Assembly (NCBI GenBank): GCA_002269645.1
Contig: NIVC01001840.1
Location: forward strand, 124,001-188,000
DNA: 64,000 nt
From: Macrostomum lignano
Lineage: Eukaryota
Direction of reading: 5' to 3'
Shown piece by piece: positions 58,894-64,000 of the stretch. The position numbers were made by a program, and so were the translations under genes. Each line of letters starts with the position of its first letter. The first letter of the stretch is position 1. The notes beneath the pieces are model-generated. The model did not search any database and was not told the origin of the DNA. It saw only the letters and a list, made by a program, of their open reading frames with translations.

Positions 58894-61800
58894 CGGGAGA
58901 GCAACAACCTGCGCCTCCCCGAGGTGCCCTCTGGAGGACCGAAAGGTTCACGAAATGCAGGTCAGCAACGGGCCCTTCTCGAGGCCCAACACCGCGACGC
59001 AGTCTCTTCGCCGCCCAATTGGAATCTGGCGGCCACCTGCCGATTAAATGACTAGCCGACGCCTGAACCAGCCCGCCGAGCCTCAACGGCGGGCCCCCGG
59101 CGGCGCGAGGCGCCCCCCGACCCAGCGGCCCGTGCGCGCGCGGCCCCCCAGTAGCCTACACCTCCTGCAACTCAACGCAGAGGGCGTCGCCTCCAAGATG
59201 TCCGAATTGTGCAAGCTGCTGCTGGATCTGCGCATCGACGTGGCGTGCCTGCAAGAGACCCACACCACCGAGGGTCGGGATCCGCGCCTGCCAGGGTTCA
59301 ACGCGATCTGGCGCCACCGACAGAGCGGCCGGCGCTCCGGCGGCCCCACGCGCGGAGGAGGCGCTGCAATCCTCATCCGCGAGAGGCTGCGCTTCGAGGT
59401 GCTGCAGGAGCGCCCCTGCGCCCCCGATGACGTCACCACGGAGTGGGCCGGCGTCCGGGTTTTCCCCTCTGAAAAGAGCGTCGAGAGCCTGGACATCCAC
59501 TGCCTCTACATCCCGCCGATCAGAACGGCTGAAGGCGACGACCGCGTGCAGCGCTTCAGCCCCCAGCACCTCCCGTCCGGCGTCAACACGGTGATCCTGG
59601 GCGACCTGAACGCGCACCATCCGGCCTGGGACCCCGAATCGGAAGAGTCGGACCTGGGCACGGTGGTCTTCGAGTGGTCCGTGGTGTCCGGCATGCGCGT
59701 CCTGAACGACAACAGCGCCACCCACATGCCGCGCCGCGCCAACACCCGGCAGACGGCGCCTGACGTCAGCCTGTCCCACAAGTCGCTCGCCAACCGGGCC
59801 GAGTGGCAGGTCCGGGGAGACGTCGGCTCGGACCACCTGCCGATCTGCATCACCATCCACAGCCGAGGCGCGGCCAAGCGCGGGGGCGCCGCCCGGCGGT
59901 CCTGGGCGAAGGCGGACTGGGCCCGGACCGAGGAAGCCCTGGCTGGCTGGGAGGCCTGCCCGCCCGAGTCGGTCAGCGAGGCCAACCAGCAGCTGACCAC
60001 GGCCATCCAGGCGGCCGACAAGGCGTCTGTCCCTCGCGGGGCGCGGCCCTCCGCGAAGGCCTGGTGGACGCCAGAGGTCGACGACGCCGTGAAGGCTCGC
60101 CGCGCCGCGTGGGCCGCCGCCGCCGCCGACCCGAGCGTGCGGCCTGCCTGGAATCGAGCCTGTGCCGACGCCAAGAAGACGATCGCCGACGCCAAATGCG
60201 AGAGCTGGAGGACCTTTGCCGGCGAGGTGGCAGCTGACAGCGACCACTCCAAGATCTGGAGAGTTGTTCGCTCCCTCGACGGCAGAAATAGCAACCTGCA
60301 GCGGGACGCAGCGCTCTGGGTGGGCCAAAAGACGCTCGTCCAGTCGAAGGACATCGCCGAGGCCTACGCCCGTGAGTATGCCGCCGTCAGCCGCCTCCCT
60401 GACGATCTGCACTGAACATCTGCAGCACCTCGGTGCCGCTGGCCGCCGGGCGGTCCTGCAGCTGATCAACGCGTCCTGGACCCAGGGGGAGGTCCCCGCG
60501 GCGTGGCGCCGTGCCCACATCGTGCCGATCCTCAAGAAGGGCAAGCCGGCCGACGAGATCGGCTTATACCGGCAGATTGCCCTCACCTCCACTCTGGCCA
60601 AGCTGGCCGAGCGTCTGGTTCAAGCGCGGCTCTACTGGTGGGCCGAGTCCCGGCACTTGCTGCACCCCGCCCAAGCCGGCTTCCGCAAGCGGCGCAGCAC
60701 CGAGGACCAGATTGCCCGCCTCACCCAGCTCATCAGCGACGGCCACCAGGCGGCCCCCGCTAGGCGGACGGTCGTCGTCCTGTTCGACTTCCGGTGGGCG
60801 TACGACAAAGTCTGGAAGCAGGGCCTGCTGCACAAGCTGCACAACGCCGGCATCCCAGCGGCCGGGGTCCGCTGGCTCAGCAGCTTCCTGGCCGATCGCC
60901 GCGCTGCCGTCAGGGCGGCTCTTCCGAGAGGGCCTGCCACAGGGGAGTGTCCTTGCCCCTCTGCTCTTTGCGCTGTACATCAACGACCTGCCTGACCACC
61001 TGCCGTCCGACTGCACGCCGTTCCTCTTCGCCGACGACCTGGCCATCGCAGTGCAAGGCCTGACCGTGGAAGAGGCCGAGACGAAGGCGCAGGCTGCGAT
61101 CGACGCGGTCTCCGACTGGGCGACCGAGTGGCGGATGGAGCTGGCGCCGAACAAGTGCGCCGCTTCCCTGTTCACCACCACCGCTGGAGAGGCCAGCCGC
61201 GAGCTGCGTCTGCGGCTGAACGACGCCCCGCTCTCGACGGACCGCCAGCCGCGCTTCCTCGGCGTCATCCTGGACCGGCTGCTCAGCTTCACGGCGCACG
61301 CCGCCAACGTCGCCGGCCGCGCCCGCGCCCGCTGCGGCGTTCTGGCGGCGCTGTCTGGCAGCAACTGGGGCGCCAAGCAGAGCGACGTGCGCCAGCTCCA
61401 CACGGCCTACGTGCGGCCGGTGCTGGAGTACGCTGCCGGCGCCTGGATGCCGACGGCCTGCAGGACAGCTATCGACCACCTGGACCGGGCCCAGCGCCTG
61501 GGCGCGCGCATCATCACCGGGTGTCTACGGAACACCAGGTCGGAGGTGCTGGAGCGCGAGGCCGAGTTGCCGCCGATGGCAGTCCGCGCGGAGATGCACG
61601 CTGGCCTCCTCCACGAGCGCGCCCTCAGGCTGCCGCATGACAACCCGCTGCGCGCCTGCGCGGCCAGCGTCGGCCCGCGTCGCCGCCTCCAAAGCGCCCG
61701 CGGCTGGCGCGAGACGGCGGCCAGTGTATGCAGCGCTGCGGGCCTGGGCGGCTTCCCGCGAGAGCCTGTCCACGCTGTCCCGACGACACTTCCCTGGGCT

Positions 61801-62780
61801 GTTCTGGACTCCGTCACCCTCGGGCTGCAGCTGGCCTCCCCGACCTCGCGGGGGGACCTGCCGGAGGCCCGGAGAGCCGCGGCGGAGCAGACGCTTGCTG
61901 TCCTGCCGCCCGCCAGCACCGTGGTCTGGACCGACAGAGCGGCGAAGGACGGCATCCTGGACGGCGGCAGCGGCGTCCTGGTCGAGTCCAACACGACGCT
62001 GTGCGTCGCTGCTGGCCATGTGACGTCCAGCTTCCACGCCGAGTTAGTGGCCATCGCTGAGGCCCTTCGGTGGGTGCTCGCGGCCCCGGACCCGGCAGAG
62101 CTGTCGCCGGTCCGCATCTGCTCCGACTCCCTGAGCGCGCTTAGCGCGCTCGCGTCCGGCCCCGGGTCGACGGGCGCCACCATGATCGACGCCGTCTGGG
62201 CCAGCCTCGCCGACCTCGCGGCCCGGGGAACCTCGGTCCACCTGCAGTGGGTGCCTGGCCACGCGGGAATCCCCGGCAACGAGGCCGTGGACGAGATCGC
62301 CAAGCGAGGCTCCACGCTGGCGCAAGGCACCGCGCCAGTCCCGCTAGCTTCCGCGCAGGCTGCCGTCCGCCGCCACTGCCTCACCCGCTGGCACCAGATC
62401 TACAACGCGGCGGCCACCGAGGCGGCGAGCACGAGCTCGCTTGCCTGGCACCTTGCCTGCACGGCGGGCCGCCTGCCGCCTCAGCCGACGAGCGACCGCT
62501 GCCTGGCCCTGCGGGGCTTCCAGGCCGCCATCGGCGTTGACGTGGCCCCCACCTGCCGCTTCTGTGGCGATGGAGAGGAGACGGCGGCCCATCTGCTGAT
62601 CTCCTGCCCCGCCCTGACATCACACCGCTGCCTCCTCTGGGGGCCAAGCCCGGAGCGCGCGGCAGTTTTCGAGAACTGCGTCGCGGTGTTGAACTTCCTC
62701 GGGAAGGCGGGCGCCATCTGACGCCCGGTGCCATGGGCCCTGGCCCGAGCACGCCCGAAGAAGAAGAAGAAGAAGAAGAA
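58894..62780 (+). mobile_element. Near full-length single-ORF LINE (APE-RT-RNase H-CCHC), Ingi/I-group-like, inactivated by two internal lesions
   Basis: APE (LQLNAEG, CLQET, GDLNAH, GSDHLPI) from ATG 59048; RT (PILKKGK, QAGFR, LPQGSVLAPLLF, FADD, RFLGVILD); RNase H (WTD, HAELVAI, SDSLSAL, WVPGHAGIPGNEAVD); CRFC..H..C; stop at 62721; (AAG)7 tail; 13-bp TSD AGAATCGAACCCC at 58881-58893 and 62777-62789. Frameshifts with apparent deletions near 60400 and 60915. Confidence 0.95.
58896..58962 (+). ncRNA. HDV-like self-cleaving ribozyme (predicted) at the LINE 5' end
   Basis: P1 58896-58902/58926-58932 (G.U at the cleavage site, one A-C mismatch); P2 58907-58912/58957-58962 (6 bp perfect); P3 58913-58915/58923-58925; L3 UCCCCGA; P1.1 C58917-C58918/G58933-G58934; P4 58936-58949 with GAAA loop; J4/2 A-C58951-GAAAU. 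Confidence 0.85.
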
Positions 62781-64000
62781 TCGAACCCCGACCTTTCAGT
62801 CGTGAATCCGACGCTCTAACCACTATATCGGTGCTTGAACTCAATGCGGGATCTAGGCAAGCGGAGTTCAAGGGGATCGCGAAGAAAATCCTTGGATCCG
62901 CCACTGGCTACAGCTAGCTAGTACGTTCAGAGGGCGCAGCCAGGAATTTTGGAGAGATGGGGTTTGTATATCAAAGCTAGGGGTCAAGAGGGTTGACGAC
63001 TTTTGACTACCATCCTGTACAGAATTTATTACTCTACAAGAGAGGGGTCCCGTACAGAAAAGCTCATTACTCCTCTCAAAATGAAGATTGACAAAAATCG
63101 AGTTGTGCATCTTTGTAGAGAGATAAATTTTGTACAGCAGGATGGCGAAGAATAACCATGCAGCTTTCTAGGTTCAAAAATAAATCCAGGGAGCATTAGA
63201 AAAAACCAGCCTCCAACAATTTTCTGCAAGATTTGGCCAGTTTTTCCTCCCTAGTTAAGTACTCCCTGGTGTAGTGTAGAGATTGGCCTTTCATGGCGTT
63301 ATACTTGAGCATGTATTGATCGGTGGGTTCGTAGCTGACGGGTGGTGGGGCGGGGGGTCGGAGACAGTGTGATTTTCATAGGTTGTACCCATATCCGCAG
63401 CAGGTCTCCAAAGGAAAGCAGAATTTATTGATAATTGATTACTGACAATTAAAACGGGTAGGGAATCCCACTTTTTAGCAATCTGAAACCGCAGCAAAAC
63501 AACGACTATTTAGACGTTAATTATGGAACTGGCGGTAACAAAAAGCAAAAGAATCAAATAAAAACGTTTTTAATTGTTTTCTACCGCATATTCGTGATTT
63601 TTTGTTTTAACGCGACTTTCCATGAAATAATTCTATAAGCGTCGGCTCCTTAGCGCTTGAGCTGTATAGTGGCATAGTGGCATAGCTAGGCTAGGCCTAC
63701 TTCATTGTGTTACTATTGCAATTTGCAAGTCTGTGTGATCTAATCTGATAGTCGCGAACTTCATTTGTTAGACAGCGACTGTTAAGTTTATTGTCAAAAT
63801 TCGCACTGCGAATTGATTTTGCTATCTATTTTTTTATTGTAGTATGGCAGAGAGACTCATTTCTTCTACTGGCTACGTACCTGAAGACGGAATGACTGGC
63901 GCTCAGCTTTTCGAGAAAGGAGCTGGTATGACATACAAGTAAGCAACAATAAACAACTTTTATGTCATTCATTTGGTTTGTTAACAATAAAACTTTGAGT

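Larger units (their letters stand above)
58690..62834 (-). mobile_element. tRNA-derived SINE split by the LINE insertion (body 58690-58893, head 62777-62834)
   Basis: Rejoining the flanks gives, on the minus strand, GCACCGATATAGTGGTTAGAGCG-TCGGATTCACGACTGA-AAGGTCGGGGTTCGATTCTCGAT (A-box, anticodon-like arm, paired T-arm/B-box). The body includes a CORE-like segment (plus strand AAGTGTCTTG...CAAGGACGC). Confidence 0.7.

Noticed and set aside
58875-58900. 2A-like peptide (DRESNPR, close to DxExNPGP) at the LINE 5' junction
   Set aside because: It is spelled by the host flank and TSD upstream of the predicted ribozyme cut, lacks GP, and is not in frame with the APE ORF.
59083-62752. Many long antisense and alternate-frame ORFs over the LINE
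   Set aside because: Expected from the very high GC content; no recognisable domains.

Overview
Repeat-dense eukaryotic (animal) genomic DNA. Short GT-AG introns, GC-rich coding exons and very many minisatellites suggest a free-living flatworm such as Macrostomum; this is inference only. Host genes I reconstructed by hand: (1) a 14-exon GABA-B-like class C GPCR (minus, 2593-9208) with one apparent 1-bp frameshift; (2) an 18-exon cytosolic carboxypeptidase of the CCP2/3 (AGBL2/3) type (minus, 10962 to at least 35649; start codon not found), most of whose large introns carry their own tandem repeat; (3) a 5'-incomplete GT14 core-2/I-branching GlcNAc-transferase ORF; (4) two intronless, divergently oriented rhodopsin-like GPCR paralogs sharing a 424-bp near-identical block. 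Mobile elements: a Mutator/foldback-type element with a 9-bp TSD, Helitron, RTE, Penelope-like and LTR remnants, tRNA-derived SINE pieces, and several RNase H-bearing LINEs. The two most striking systems: (a) a near full-length Ingi-like LINE whose 5' end folds into a complete HDV-like self-cleaving ribozyme and which sits, with a 13-bp TSD, in the T-loop/B-box of a tRNA-derived SINE head; (b) a family of (AAC)n-tailed RNase H LINEs stacked head-to-tail inside each other's (AAC)n tails at two separate loci, suggesting microsatellite-targeted integration. All coordinates and alignments were made by eye, with no database searches.
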